Shown here in pieces: positions 14,897-24,000 of a stretch of DNA of 24,000 bases (positions are counted from its first letter, which is position 1; the number at the start of each line of letters is the position of its first letter). The stretch is from NCBI GenBank assembly GCA_022768285.1, contig JALEMJ010000017.1, positions 36,964-60,963 on the forward strand, read 5' to 3'. Below the pieces are notes generated by a model. The model was not told the DNA's origin and searched no databases. It saw only the letters and a list, made by a program, of their open reading frames with translations. The position numbers were made by a program, and so were the translations under genes. Origin of the DNA: Aerococcus sp. (GTDB taxonomy: Bacteria > Bacillota > Bacilli > Lactobacillales > Aerococcaceae).

Positions 14897-17800
14897 CTAC
14901 AAGTTACTACGTAAATCATCTGTTAAAAAATCATACGCTTCAAAATTATTGAGTGAGATCAATACATTATGTGTTACTTTCTTCTTTAGGATACTGTGTA
15001 GCGCATAATTATAAATCAATAATTGAAGCCGATATTTCTTAAATAACTCTTCCCGGCCATTTTCCCCTAGTTTGTCAGTCTTATAGTCAAAAAGCCATAC
15101 TTCATCACTACCATCTATGAAGTATCCATCGATGATCCCGTGAATAATCATATTATCATCTGACGAAAAATCCGCACTCGGAAGATTCAACCATGCTTGG
15201 TACTGTTCAGGTGAAATACTCAATGCAAACGGGCGCTCACGATGAAGGTTTTGTGCATTATCAATGATCTTTTTGCCGATAATATCATTGGTGAAGAAAA
15301 AGTTTGCCAACTTATCATATACATTCTTAGGATATATCCCTTCATGTACTTCATCAGTTGCTACTAAGCGATCCGCAACTATCTTGAAATCAGTAGATAT
15401 CGGATAGTAATCAAAAGGCATTTCTTCCAACAATCGGTGCATCGCTATCCCGTATTCTGTAGAGGATACATCAACCGACTCACTGGAATTTGAACCAGAT
15501 CCTCCATCCTTATTGTTCTTATCAATAAAATTAGGTTTTACCCAATTAAGTGCTCTACTTCGAGTATCTTTTTTATCGTTGGCGTCTTCCGGTATGATAT
15601 GAGGATTATCTTTTTCGTTCATATGCTCATCATCGAAATGAACTTGTTTTCGTTTAAGATCACTTACCGATTGATTACTCTCCATTGTAATCGCATCAGA
15701 ATAAGCATAGTTAAAATCTAGCGGTGACTGATACAATTTTTGCGAATAAGTGCCCTTCTCTGAATGACTCTGATCGACGACGCTCACTTTATCAAGCGCT
15801 GGCATTTCGTGGTGAATAGCATACGTGCCAAAGACTTCACCATCTTTTTCTAGAGCATATTCATCTTCGGTGATTTTTGATGCATAAGGATACAATGCAT
15901 CATGTACCCACTGCCAATTACTCTTACTCTTTATGCGTTCCTCAAGAGAAAGTATGCCTTCTGTGCGCGGTTCGGATTCTTTTTCGCCCTTTTTCTTGCA
16001 AGCTATAACGATTAATTTTTTCTCGGCACGTGTTAGAGCGACATAGAGTTTTCGAATTTCTTCAGAATAACTCTGCTGTTTCTCATCTTTTTTCGTCATC
16101 CCAAAAATCGGTGAATCAATTACACGAATGTTTTTTCGGTCGAAGATACGCACACCGAGGCCGTATTTGTCACTCACAACATAAGGTTTCTGCTGAAAGT
16201 CATTCGTATTGAATTCGTGCGCAGCATCAAAGTAGATAACAATCGGATACTCGAGTCCCTTGCTGCTATGTACGGTCATCAATTCAACGGCATTGCTATT
16301 CGGATTCAAGTCCTGTGGTGTTTCGATATCCTTATTCTGAGCCTCAATCTCCTCGATGTAGCGAATAAACTGGAACAATCCACGTTGACCCTGTTTTTCA
16401 AAATCGATAGCTAATTGAATCATTCCGTATAGGTTACTACGACGCTGTTCACTGTGCGATTGGGCACTCACCAGCGTTAAATAATTCGTATCGCGATAAA
16501 TGCGCCACAGTAATTCTGAAAGATTAGCGGTGCGATTATAGTTTTGCCATTTATCAAGCCAATTATTCAATTTCTCGATCTTTTCATAAAGCTCTGAATG
16601 GTCTGTTTTGTTTTCTTCATGTTTCAAGAATACATATAATGCTCGGAAAAACGGCTGTCCCTTAGTATTTACCCTTCTTGGTTCACCAGTTTCATTATCT
16701 GCTTTATCCGGTAAATTATCACTAAATATCCGAATTTGCGCCAGTTCAGGTTCAGTAACCCCCACAATCGGAGAACGCAGCGCAGCTACTAGTGGAATAT
16801 CTTGGCGTTGGTTATCGATTAGTTGTAAAAGCGAGACAACCGTCATAATCTCTGTACGTTTGAAATAATCCTCTCGCTTATCCTGATGGACTGGAATTCC
16901 AACGTCATTAAATACTTTTTCGATCTCGCTATAACTACCACGTGTGTTTGTAAGAATGGCGATATCAGAATACTGAATTGGTGAGCCATCTTCTTCAGCT
17001 TCATCATGACCAACTAATTTTTTACCGATCAATTGTTGAATACGTTCTGCAGCGATATAGGCTTGGCTTTCAATTTTAGAAAGCGGCTGTTCCTGTTCGC
17101 TGTCATCTGTTTCAACCACATGGACTTCAGGCAATAATTCATTGTGTAGTGAATCAGCTGTTTTATTAGTCTCCAACTGCGCTAAGGAATAATTAAAGCC
17201 ACCTAATTCACTATCCATTAAGCGATTGAAGATAGTATTGACGAAATTGATAACTTCCGGTTCACTTCGGAAGTTAGTTTTTAATTCAATTAAGCAATCA
17301 TTATTATCTTCAGCACTATATTCTTCATACTTGTCACTAAATAGTGATGGATTTGAATAACGGAAACGATAAATGCTCTGTTTCACATCACCTACCATGA
17401 AGCGATATTTTGCGTCATCATCTTCGCCAATTAGACGTAATATTTCTTCCTGTAAATCGTTAACGTCTTGATACTCATCGATCAGGACTTCATCGATATG
17501 CTCATGATAGTAGTCACGTGCTTCATACTGATCATCATCATTTTGGGCATTCAAAATCTCTAACGCTTTTAATTCAATACCTGCAAAATCGAGCACTTTC
17601 TTATCCGCCATCTTAGCATTCATTCTGTCTAAAAATGCTTTAGCAAGAACTATGATGCTGTTTACAATTTCGCGAAGCTGTTCAGTAATCTCTTGCTGAA
17701 TTTCAAGCGAAAATCCGAAGAATTTATCGTATGTTTCTTTAATTTGTTTAGGTTTATATAGGGCGTTACCTTTAGAAACCTTTTCTTTTACCGGCTCAAA

Positions 17801-18772
17801 TGCCTCCTTGTTATTCTTGCCACGAGGAATTTTATTCAAATTGATCGTTGTGAGGGGATGGTCATGTATCAACTTATACCTATCATTATTTGATAACTGT
17901 AATTCTTTATATTTTTGATGAACCACATGCCAATCTTTTCGTACGTCTTCGAAGTATTCCCCTAAATTATCCCTCTGTGTGGCAGATAACTGAACAGATG
18001 TTGGCAATTCAATGCTCTGATAAATCTCATCAATTTGGTGTATATCATCTATATACGGATCCATCACATATTTACGAAAGTCATCGGATAGAATAAAATT
18101 ATCTTCCTGATCATAAATAGATGACAGCGCATCTAACCATTGTTCAGGATTCGCATGCGAACGTGCTTTATCGTAAAGTTCAATGATCATATCGCGCATT
18201 TTGGTATCTGTTTTTTGTGTACCATCACTAAAATTCTTTGCTACTTGTTCATAAGCATCTCTCAGATCGCCTGTTTTCCGGGATAATGCCTCATCAACCA
18301 ACTTATCCCATGTATCATTTTTCAAAAGCGTTAGTTCCGTTTGATCATTCAGTAAGCGATAATTAGGATCTAAACCGATTAGATAATAGAATTGATTCAC
18401 AATTTGACGGCAAAACGCATCGATCGTTTGAATATTGACTACTGGTAATAGCGCCAATTGTTCTTGTAAATAACGCTGCCATTCCGGATCTTCAGTCTGC
18501 GTAATAGCATTCATTAATGCTTTCTCTAAGCGTTCTTTCATCTCTTTGGCTGCTTTTTCGGTAAATGTCACTACAACGAGATGATCAAGACTTACGCGAT
18601 CATTTGTGTTTTCAGGCAGAACTTTTTTAATAATACGCTCAATAAGAACACGTGTCTTACCTGAACCCGCAGAAGCAGAAACTAGAATATTTCCAGTATC
18701 ACGTGCTTGCCTTGGACGATTACCCGTATCAATTACTAATTGCTGGTCAGGTGTAGCCTTAAATTTACTCAT
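14897..18772 (-). CDS. addA: Helicase-nuclease AddAB, subunit A (UvrD/Rep-type helicase plus RecB-family nuclease)
   Basis: Walker A is SASAGSGKTRVL and the DExx box is VLIDEYQDVN. The C-terminal nuclease motifs are HGIIDGYF, FDYKTDK and QLLIYNYAL. The ORF track starts at 18778, but AAGGAGG abuts that ATG. I prefer the second ATG at 18772 (MSKFKATP), which forms ATGAGTAA with the rexB stop. Confidence 0.93.
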   Translation of the reverse strand: MSKFKATPDQQLVIDTGNRPRQARDTGNILVSASAGSGKTRVLIERIIKKVLPENTNDRVSLDHLVVVTFTEKAAKEMKERLEKALMNAITQTEDPEWQRYLQEQLALLPVVNIQTIDAFCRQIVNQFYYLIGLDPNYRLLNDQTELTLLKNDTWDKLVDEALSRKTGDLRDAYEQVAKNFSDGTQKTDTKMRDMIIELYDKARSHANPEQWLDALSSIYDQEDNFILSDDFRKYVMDPYIDDIHQIDEIYQSIELPTSVQLSATQRDNLGEYFEDVRKDWHVVHQKYKELQLSNNDRYKLIHDHPLTTINLNKIPRGKNNKEAFEPVKEKVSKGNALYKPKQIKETYDKFFGFSLEIQQEITEQLREIVNSIIVLAKAFLDRMNAKMADKKVLDFAGIELKALEILNAQNDDDQYEARDYYHEHIDEVLIDEYQDVNDLQEEILRLIGEDDDAKYRFMVGDVKQSIYRFRYSNPSLFSDKYEEYSAEDNNDCLIELKTNFRSEPEVINFVNTIFNRLMDSELGGFNYSLAQLETNKTADSLHNELLPEVHVVETDDSEQEQPLSKIESQAYIAAERIQQLIGKKLVGHDEAEEDGSPIQYSDIAILTNTRGSYSEIEKVFNDVGIPVHQDKREDYFKRTEIMTVVSLLQLIDNQRQDIPLVAALRSPIVGVTEPELAQIRIFSDNLPDKADNETGEPRRVNTKGQPFFRALYVFLKHEENKTDHSELYEKIEKLNNWLDKWQNYNRTANLSELLWRIYRDTNYLTLVSAQSHSEQRRSNLYGMIQLAIDFEKQGQRGLFQFIRYIEEIEAQNKDIETPQDLNPNSNAVELMTVHSSKGLEYPIVIYFDAAHEFNTNDFQQKPYVVSDKYGLGVRIFDRKNIRVIDSPIFGMTKKDEKQQSYSEEIRKLYVALTRAEKKLIVIACKKKGEKESEPRTEGILSLEERIKSKSNWQWVHDALYPYASKITEDEYALEKDGEVFGTYAIHHEMPALDKVSVVDQSHSEKGTYSQKLYQSPLDFNYAYSDAITMESNQSVSDLKRKQVHFDDEHMNEKDNPHIIPEDANDKKDTRSRALNWVKPNFIDKNNKDGGSGSNSSESVDVSSTEYGIAMHRLLEEMPFDYYPISTDFKIVADRLVATDEVHEGIYPKNVYDKLANFFFTNDIIGKKIIDNAQNLHRERPFALSISPEQYQAWLNLPSADFSSDDNMIIHGIIDGYFIDGSDEVWLFDYKTDKLGENGREELFKKYRLQLLIYNYALHSILKKKVTHNVLISLNNFEAYDFLTDDLRSNL

Positions 18773-21700
18773 TGCCATCCTCCTTATCCTCTAATTTGAA
18801 AGATTTTAAGATATTTTTATCTGTATCGTTAGACGGAGCTCGCTTATGAATATCACTTTCCGTTGCATCATAACGAGAGATTGCGCGATATTCCTTCGCA
18901 GATGGTAAATGGTTAATTTCAAAGTCTAGGGGTAACAATGCAATCTCACCAGACATGATACGATCGATAGTCTCATTAATCTTTAGGTGTACCATTTCTT
19001 TAATTAATTTAAATTCACCATCTTCAAGTAGTTTCTTACGATGGTTAGCACTTGGTTTTTTAAATCCCTTAGAGGTAATGGTGACATCATAAATATCCTC
19101 TAATGATATTCTATCTTTTAACTCCTCACTGAAGATACTATTAAGAAGATCAATATCGTTTAGTATAGTGCCTGTAAACTGCACGCGTTGAGCTTGTGTC
19201 AATAAGCCTTCCATAGCATGATTATTAGCCAAATATTCACTATCGTTCTTTATGTTAATGTCTTTATTAGAAGACATTAAATCACTGATTTCCTGATAAA
19301 AGAAACCTATCGGGACTATATTATTATCGGTCTTTTCTAATTCTTCCCATTCTCTGACAAAGTAGGTAAATAGTTGCAGGCTGATGCCATCCTCTAACCG
19401 CTTTAAAGGCAATTTATCCTTATTATCCGATGATTTATAATCGACAATCTGAAATCCTAGTTTCTCAGGGGTTTCATCGCTAGCTGGAATTTTAAATAAA
19501 TCGACGCGATCAATTTTTCCTTTTAATCTATAGCTATTATCCTTATCAGTTTTTCTTGTTTCAGTTTCAAATTGCTGTTCAGTGATTATCTTTTCAGCAT
19601 TCATTGCTTGAAGTCTCAGCGTTTCATAGCGAGCTACTAACTGCAACGTTTCATCTAGCTGTTGACGCCTAAATTGGAAATCTTGGTGATCCTTCGAACG
19701 ATTAAATACGTCAAATTCTTTAACCGTTTCAGCAAGTGCTTCATTCATTTTTTCTTCGCTCACATCCGGCCAATTCTTAAAGTACAGTTCGAGCGCTTTA
19801 TGGAAATAATTCCCCGTCTGTAAAGCATCCACTTCAAATTTTTGGCGTTCCTTTAACTTCAACCCGTAGCGTAAGAAATAGCTGAAAGGATCTTTGTTGT
19901 ACAATTCGAGCTGTGATATTGAAAATGTCGGTATTTCGCCATACAGCGATTTGGCTTCTTTTGTATCCAAATTGATGAATTGATTACCTGTATGCTTCAA
20001 TTTTTCAATTAATTCGTTCCAGTCTTTAGTCAATTGCTGATTGCTATTTTTCTCATCCCGATGACTATTAGAGATCTGAGCATCCACCTTTTTCCACTCA
20101 GTAGGTAATTCCTCAAATTGCTGCTTCTTAATCGTTAACTGCTGAAGCTGTTCATAAGGGCCACCGAGTATCCATTCGCTATCTGCTTCTACAAACTGCT
20201 CAGCATGAAGCGGACTTTCGAGTTCAAAGTGATCCATCAGTACTGCCAAGAATGGCGAGATCTTCTCATTAGCATCCGGCGCATTATACGGGTAGCTGAA
20301 AATTAAATGATCCGTTGCTGAGGTTAGCAGTTTATAAAACGTAAACTTCTCATTGTTGTATTTCTGCTGGGCATTCGGATCCAAAAAATGAATTTCCTGA
20401 TCAGATGTTTCCAGGAGCTTTTCTGAATGCATTAAGTCATTGAGCCATTCGCGCGTCGTGTCATCTAAAATTGAATGCGTCGTTTCATTCTTAGGTAACT
20501 GCTGGTCCGTAATGCCGAGAATAATACTTACTTTTCTTGGAATGAGCGGAACATCCTTGTAAGTAGAAATGCGTACACTATCCAGAGTCGGTGGCACCAT
20601 GCGGTAATAATTATTCGCAAATGCTGCCTGCATTACCTCAAAGAAACTATCCATATCAAATGTTTCTTTACCAAATAGCTCAACATATTCTTCCAGTGTT
20701 TGAACAAAAAGATTCCAGACTTGTTCCTGGCGTTGTGCTAATTCCACACTGCGCGGATCATCCTTGACGTCTTCACTGTTAGTCAGATAAGAACTCCAAG
20801 CCTGCATGCGGGCCCTAACACTATCTTCGCCATCAATAAATTCATAAAATGATCTAACAGCATGTTCGACTGTGGTTTCCTTGTTCCACGAATGAATCAA
20901 GTCATTTATAGACTCATACACCTTATCTCTGAATTTAATTACTCGATCATCCGTCTGAAGTACTTTTTGCTTAGCATTGTCAGCCTTACCACTGTTAGGT
21001 CTATACCAATCTTCTCCTTGCTTCCACCACAGCCGACCTTGATAATCCTGAGCTAAAACAATGTTTTCAATGCGGTCCAAAACAGAACGAGGATGCTTTG
21101 GTACCATTTTCGTATCGCCGTTCTCTTCATCCTCCACTTGGCCCATAAATCTTGGGGACAATAATTCTGTCTTCAATAAGCTAAAAACATCTTCATACCG
21201 CCAATCATACTTAATCACGTTATGTAACGCAGCAAGGAATCGCGCTAATGGGTGCTGTGCCATTGATTCCGGATTATCGATATAATAAGGAATTCCATTC
21301 TGTTCGAGCGCTCCGATCAACAGCGGCTGATAATGATCTAAATCACCAACAAAAATCTGGAAATCTTTATAACGATACTTCTTCTGACTCACCTGATTAT
21401 ATATAGCACTAGCTGCTTGATCTGCCTCCACACGTAAAGATTCGGTTTTCCAGATGGATACAGCGTCTTGAACTGATTCATTAACTTCCACCTCACCAAA
21501 TTCCTGCTTACGCCACCATTCCTCTAACATTTGAATTCCTTCACAATAGCTGTTTTCTGATTCTGAGACATTAAACGACTGGATATCTGATCGCTCACCA
21601 AGCAAGTCGGTTAACTGGCTATAAATGTAGTGAGCATTGGTGAAAGTTGATTGATTTGGATCATACGCATCCGTCTGATCGATGTCTTTACTTTCAGCTA

Positions 21701-22427
21701 ATAGCGATAAAATCACTTGATTTGCGTTATCAATCAAGCATTTTATGACACGATATTCATCAGCTTTGAAGTAGTCAAAGCCGTCAATAACGACCATTGT
21801 ATGCGAAAGATCATTAGCTATTATCTTTCGGATTAATTCTTCATAGATATCAATGTCTTGTAGCTTCTGATCCTCAAGATAGTTATTATAATCCTCAAAC
21901 GCAGCAATAATTTCTGATAGTTTTCTTATCTCGTTCTGTTTGAAGGTACTATTTTCTATGTGATTATCTGATTTGAGCCGATCTAGTAGTGCTTTTAGGT
22001 AATCTACGGTCATATTTCCACGATCAAATTCAGCAAACAACTCGCGCAACTGCTCTTGAAAGCTCAGAAAATGACTCTCACGCTGGAATGCCTTGAGTTC
22101 ACTTTCGAGATCTTCAAGTACTTTCTTAATGACCATCGTAAGGCCAATTTTTGAGATTGAATCTTTGCTTTTAATGCCTAGATACCACGCGAATCGCTTG
22201 AAACTGAATACTTGGAGACGCATCATTCCTGTTGGTTGATCCGGTGATAACGCATGCAGTTCTCTCAGTGTATTCAGTACTTCAAATTCCATGGTCAACT
22301 GCTGATTGTCCGGGACAATATAGAACGCTTTATTATTGCGATCTTCCATCAGAAAATGATCAACTTCTGCGATCACAGCGCGCCGATGCGTTTGCATTGC
22401 CGTTTCCAAATTTAAAATGAGAGCCAT
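18765..22427 (-). CDS. rexB: Helicase-nuclease AddAB, subunit B, RexB type (no Walker A and no Fe-S cysteines)
   Basis: 1220 aa located directly upstream of addA and overlapping it. The N-terminus KAFYIVPDNQQLTMEFEVL resembles streptococcal/lactococcal RexB and has no GxxxxGK[ST]. The C-terminal nuclease motifs are GKIDRVD, IVDYKSS and LQLFTY. An AAGGAGG SD lies upstream. Confidence 0.9.
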   Translation of the reverse strand: MALILNLETAMQTHRRAVIAEVDHFLMEDRNNKAFYIVPDNQQLTMEFEVLNTLRELHALSPDQPTGMMRLQVFSFKRFAWYLGIKSKDSISKIGLTMVIKKVLEDLESELKAFQRESHFLSFQEQLRELFAEFDRGNMTVDYLKALLDRLKSDNHIENSTFKQNEIRKLSEIIAAFEDYNNYLEDQKLQDIDIYEELIRKIIANDLSHTMVVIDGFDYFKADEYRVIKCLIDNANQVILSLLAESKDIDQTDAYDPNQSTFTNAHYIYSQLTDLLGERSDIQSFNVSESENSYCEGIQMLEEWWRKQEFGEVEVNESVQDAVSIWKTESLRVEADQAASAIYNQVSQKKYRYKDFQIFVGDLDHYQPLLIGALEQNGIPYYIDNPESMAQHPLARFLAALHNVIKYDWRYEDVFSLLKTELLSPRFMGQVEDEENGDTKMVPKHPRSVLDRIENIVLAQDYQGRLWWKQGEDWYRPNSGKADNAKQKVLQTDDRVIKFRDKVYESINDLIHSWNKETTVEHAVRSFYEFIDGEDSVRARMQAWSSYLTNSEDVKDDPRSVELAQRQEQVWNLFVQTLEEYVELFGKETFDMDSFFEVMQAAFANNYYRMVPPTLDSVRISTYKDVPLIPRKVSIILGITDQQLPKNETTHSILDDTTREWLNDLMHSEKLLETSDQEIHFLDPNAQQKYNNEKFTFYKLLTSATDHLIFSYPYNAPDANEKISPFLAVLMDHFELESPLHAEQFVEADSEWILGGPYEQLQQLTIKKQQFEELPTEWKKVDAQISNSHRDEKNSNQQLTKDWNELIEKLKHTGNQFINLDTKEAKSLYGEIPTFSISQLELYNKDPFSYFLRYGLKLKERQKFEVDALQTGNYFHKALELYFKNWPDVSEEKMNEALAETVKEFDVFNRSKDHQDFQFRRQQLDETLQLVARYETLRLQAMNAEKIITEQQFETETRKTDKDNSYRLKGKIDRVDLFKIPASDETPEKLGFQIVDYKSSDNKDKLPLKRLEDGISLQLFTYFVREWEELEKTDNNIVPIGFFYQEISDLMSSNKDINIKNDSEYLANNHAMEGLLTQAQRVQFTGTILNDIDLLNSIFSEELKDRISLEDIYDVTITSKGFKKPSANHRKKLLEDGEFKLIKEMVHLKINETIDRIMSGEIALLPLDFEINHLPSAKEYRAISRYDATESDIHKRAPSNDTDKNILKSFKLEDKEDGNE

Positions 22428-22444
22428 ATAGTCCTCCTTAATAA

Positions 22445-22480
22445 AAGAAAGACATCACTCAATACAAGTGATGCTTTCTT
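22445..22480 (-). terminator. Probable terminator/processing hairpin after pepT
   Basis: A ~14-bp AT-rich stem (AAGAAAGCATCACT / AGTGATGTCTTTCTT, one bulge) with a 7-nt loop. The U-rich 3' arm runs into TTAT and then the AAGGAGG SD of rexB. Confidence 0.55.
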
Positions 22481-22500
22481 ACTTTTACAGTGATTGATTT

Positions 22501-23757
22501 TTAAAATTGTTCATAGTCTTTAGCGATTGTTACCATACGAATAATAATCTCACTCATCTTAACCATCGTCTCGAGTGATACATATTCAAAACGCGCATGC
22601 ATATTCTCCCCACCTGCAAATAAGTTTGGCGTCGGTAAACCACGGAAAGTCAAGATTGAACCATCTGTACCCCCGCGTACCGGTTGAATATTCGGTGTAA
22701 CACCTGCTGCTTTATAGCTCTTTTTAGCCAACGTCACTGGACGCATATCTTTTTCGAGGATTTCACGCATGTTGCGATATTGATCCACAATTTCAATGTC
22801 AATAACTTTCTGCGGATATTTGCTATTGATGACCTCAGCTATTTTTTCCATCTGATGTTTGCGGTATTCAAAGACATGCGAATCATGGTCACGAATAATG
22901 TAGGACATGCGTGCTTCATCAGAAGTGCCCTCAAAACCATCTAAGAAGTAAAATCCTTCGCGATCTTCGGTGTATTCCGGACGATCAAAAGCTGAGATCG
23001 CATTGTGGAAATCCATCCCTACTTGGAGCGCATTAATCATAATGTTTTTAGCCTCGGAAGGATGTACGCTTTTACCAGTAATCTTCACATTGGCCTGTGC
23101 TGCTGTAAAAGTTTCATACTCTAAATCACCGAGAGGACCACCATCAACAGTAAAAGCAAAATCAGCACCGAAGCGTTCGACATCAAAGCGAGTTGCGCCC
23201 ATACCAATTTCTTCATCTGGGCCGAAAGCAATTTTAATATCGCCGTGTTTAATTTCCGGATGATCAATCAAATATGCAATGGCTGTCATAATTTCAGCAA
23301 TACCAGATTTATCATCGGCACCGAGTAACGTGCGCCCATCTGTCGTAATTAGTGTTTGTCCTTTGTATTTATTCAAAGATGGGAAGTCTTCTGGCGATAA
23401 TTCATACCCGGAGTCTGATAATTTAATCACGCCACCATCATAATTTTCAACAACTTGTGGTTGTATATTTTCCGCATTGAAATCAGCGGTATCACGGTGC
23501 GCGAAGAATCCAATCGTCGGGTAATTGCTTTCAGTATCTGTTGCCGGCAAGGTAGCTGTAACATAACTGTCTGCGTCATTGTAGTAGACATCGCTCAGTC
23601 CCAATTCGTTTAACTCATCTTCCAATTGATGCGCAAAATCAACCTGATTTTGTGAGGAAGGAATTTGATCCATATTTTCAGGATTAGAGCGTGTATTCAC
23701 TTTGACATAACGTAAAAAACGTTCGAGTAATTCTCCAGCAGATAATTTGATATCCAT
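22501..23757 (-). CDS. pepT: Tripeptide aminopeptidase (peptidase T, M20B)
   Basis: M20 metal-binding motifs are FFAHRDTADF, GADDKSGIAE, GPDEEIG and RGGTDGS. The ORF-track start at 23775 is a TTG that overlaps the GAAAGGA SD. I prefer ATG at 23757 (MDIKLSAGELLERF), 9 nt after that SD. Confidence 0.93.
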   Translation of the reverse strand: MDIKLSAGELLERFLRYVKVNTRSNPENMDQIPSSQNQVDFAHQLEDELNELGLSDVYYNDADSYVTATLPATDTESNYPTIGFFAHRDTADFNAENIQPQVVENYDGGVIKLSDSGYELSPEDFPSLNKYKGQTLITTDGRTLLGADDKSGIAEIMTAIAYLIDHPEIKHGDIKIAFGPDEEIGMGATRFDVERFGADFAFTVDGGPLGDLEYETFTAAQANVKITGKSVHPSEAKNIMINALQVGMDFHNAISAFDRPEYTEDREGFYFLDGFEGTSDEARMSYIIRDHDSHVFEYRKHQMEKIAEVINSKYPQKVIDIEIVDQYRNMREILEKDMRPVTLAKKSYKAAGVTPNIQPVRGGTDGSILTFRGLPTPNLFAGGENMHARFEYVSLETMVKMSEIIIRMVTIAKDYEQF

Positions 23758-23796
23758 AAATAAACATCCTTTCAATAATGTTTTAACAATTTAATC

Positions 23797-24000
23797 TTAT
23801 AAAAACTGGAAGGGATCCGTGTTCAGTGAGCTCTCTACCACAGTGACATCCCTATAGCCAGCCTGTTTGAGCCATGACTCAAACATCTGTTTTAAATGGG
23901 ATTTGCAGACACTTTCCATATGATGTCCAGGATCAATTACTGATAAGCCCGCTGCAAGCATATCATGCGCTGTATGGTAATACACATCACCAGTGATATA
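23797..24000 (-). CDS. Nif3-like dinuclear metal centre protein (GTP cyclohydrolase 1 type 2 homologue, YqfO-like); C-terminal part only, the gene runs off the right edge
   Basis: The reverse frame is open from position 24000 and reads YITGDVYYHTAHDMLAAGLSVIDPGHHMES... The ITGD..YH and IDPGHH.E motifs are the conserved C-terminal metal-binding region of NIF3. The M in the ORF track is an internal GTG. Confidence 0.8.
   Translation of the reverse strand, partial: YITGDVYYHTAHDMLAAGLSVIDPGHHMESVCKSHLKQMFESWLKQAGYRDVTVVESSLNTDPFQFL

Noticed and set aside
14897-22427. An apparently lower GC content in addA-rexB that might suggest horizontal acquisition
   Set aside because: The impression rests on a few hand-counted 60-nt lines (about 33-40 percent against 37-47 percent elsewhere). 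That is within the normal spread for long, weakly expressed genes. A sliding-window GC and codon-usage calculation would be needed. The synteny and tight coupling look native.
1-24000. CRISPR arrays, IS elements, prophage or defence-island content, toxin-antitoxin pairs and long direct or inverted repeats
   Set aside because: No repeat-spacer periodicity, transposase/integrase-like ORF or unexplained gap was seen. Every ORF over 200 nt that does not overlap a stronger gene has a housekeeping assignment. Detection of short dispersed repeats by eye is limited.

Overview
This window is a dense stretch of low-GC Firmicutes core chromosome that looks Lactobacillales-like. That reading rests on AGGAGG-type Shine-Dalgarno (SD) sites, MurT/GatD, a RexB-type AddAB and the conserved order tdk-prfA-prmC-ywlC. 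I call 21 protein genes, two of them cut by the window edges, plus one tRNA-Gly(CCC). Reading left to right the genes are: sua5/ywlC (partial), prmC, prfA and tdk on the minus strand; murT-gatD on the plus strand; an AI-2E transporter on the minus strand; a lactonase/Pgl-like gene on the plus strand. A long minus-strand array follows, listed here in transcription order: NIF3 (partial), pepT, rexB, addA, tRNA-Gly, an RNase H with a hybrid-binding domain (HBD), lspA, rluD, yneF, two half-ABC exporter genes, a PlsC-like acyltransferase, an HTH-DUF2187 protein and an acyl carrier protein (ACP). The longest intergenic gap is about 158 nt. I see no transposase, integrase, phage gene, CRISPR array, long repeat, riboswitch-sized leader or disrupted gene. 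I do not find a convincing undescribed system. The most unusual item is the terminator-free block at 7374-12271 that links an orphan ACP, an HTH-DUF2187 protein and an HX4D acyltransferase to an asymmetric ABC exporter pair. Other notes are a self-contained tRNA-Gly unit wedged against the rnh-lspA-rluD operon, terminator hairpins abutting the next SD three times, and several ORF-track starts that look wrong (tdk, lactonase, pepT, addA, rluD). All family calls come from motif recognition by eye. No database search, tRNA scanner or RNA folding program was run.
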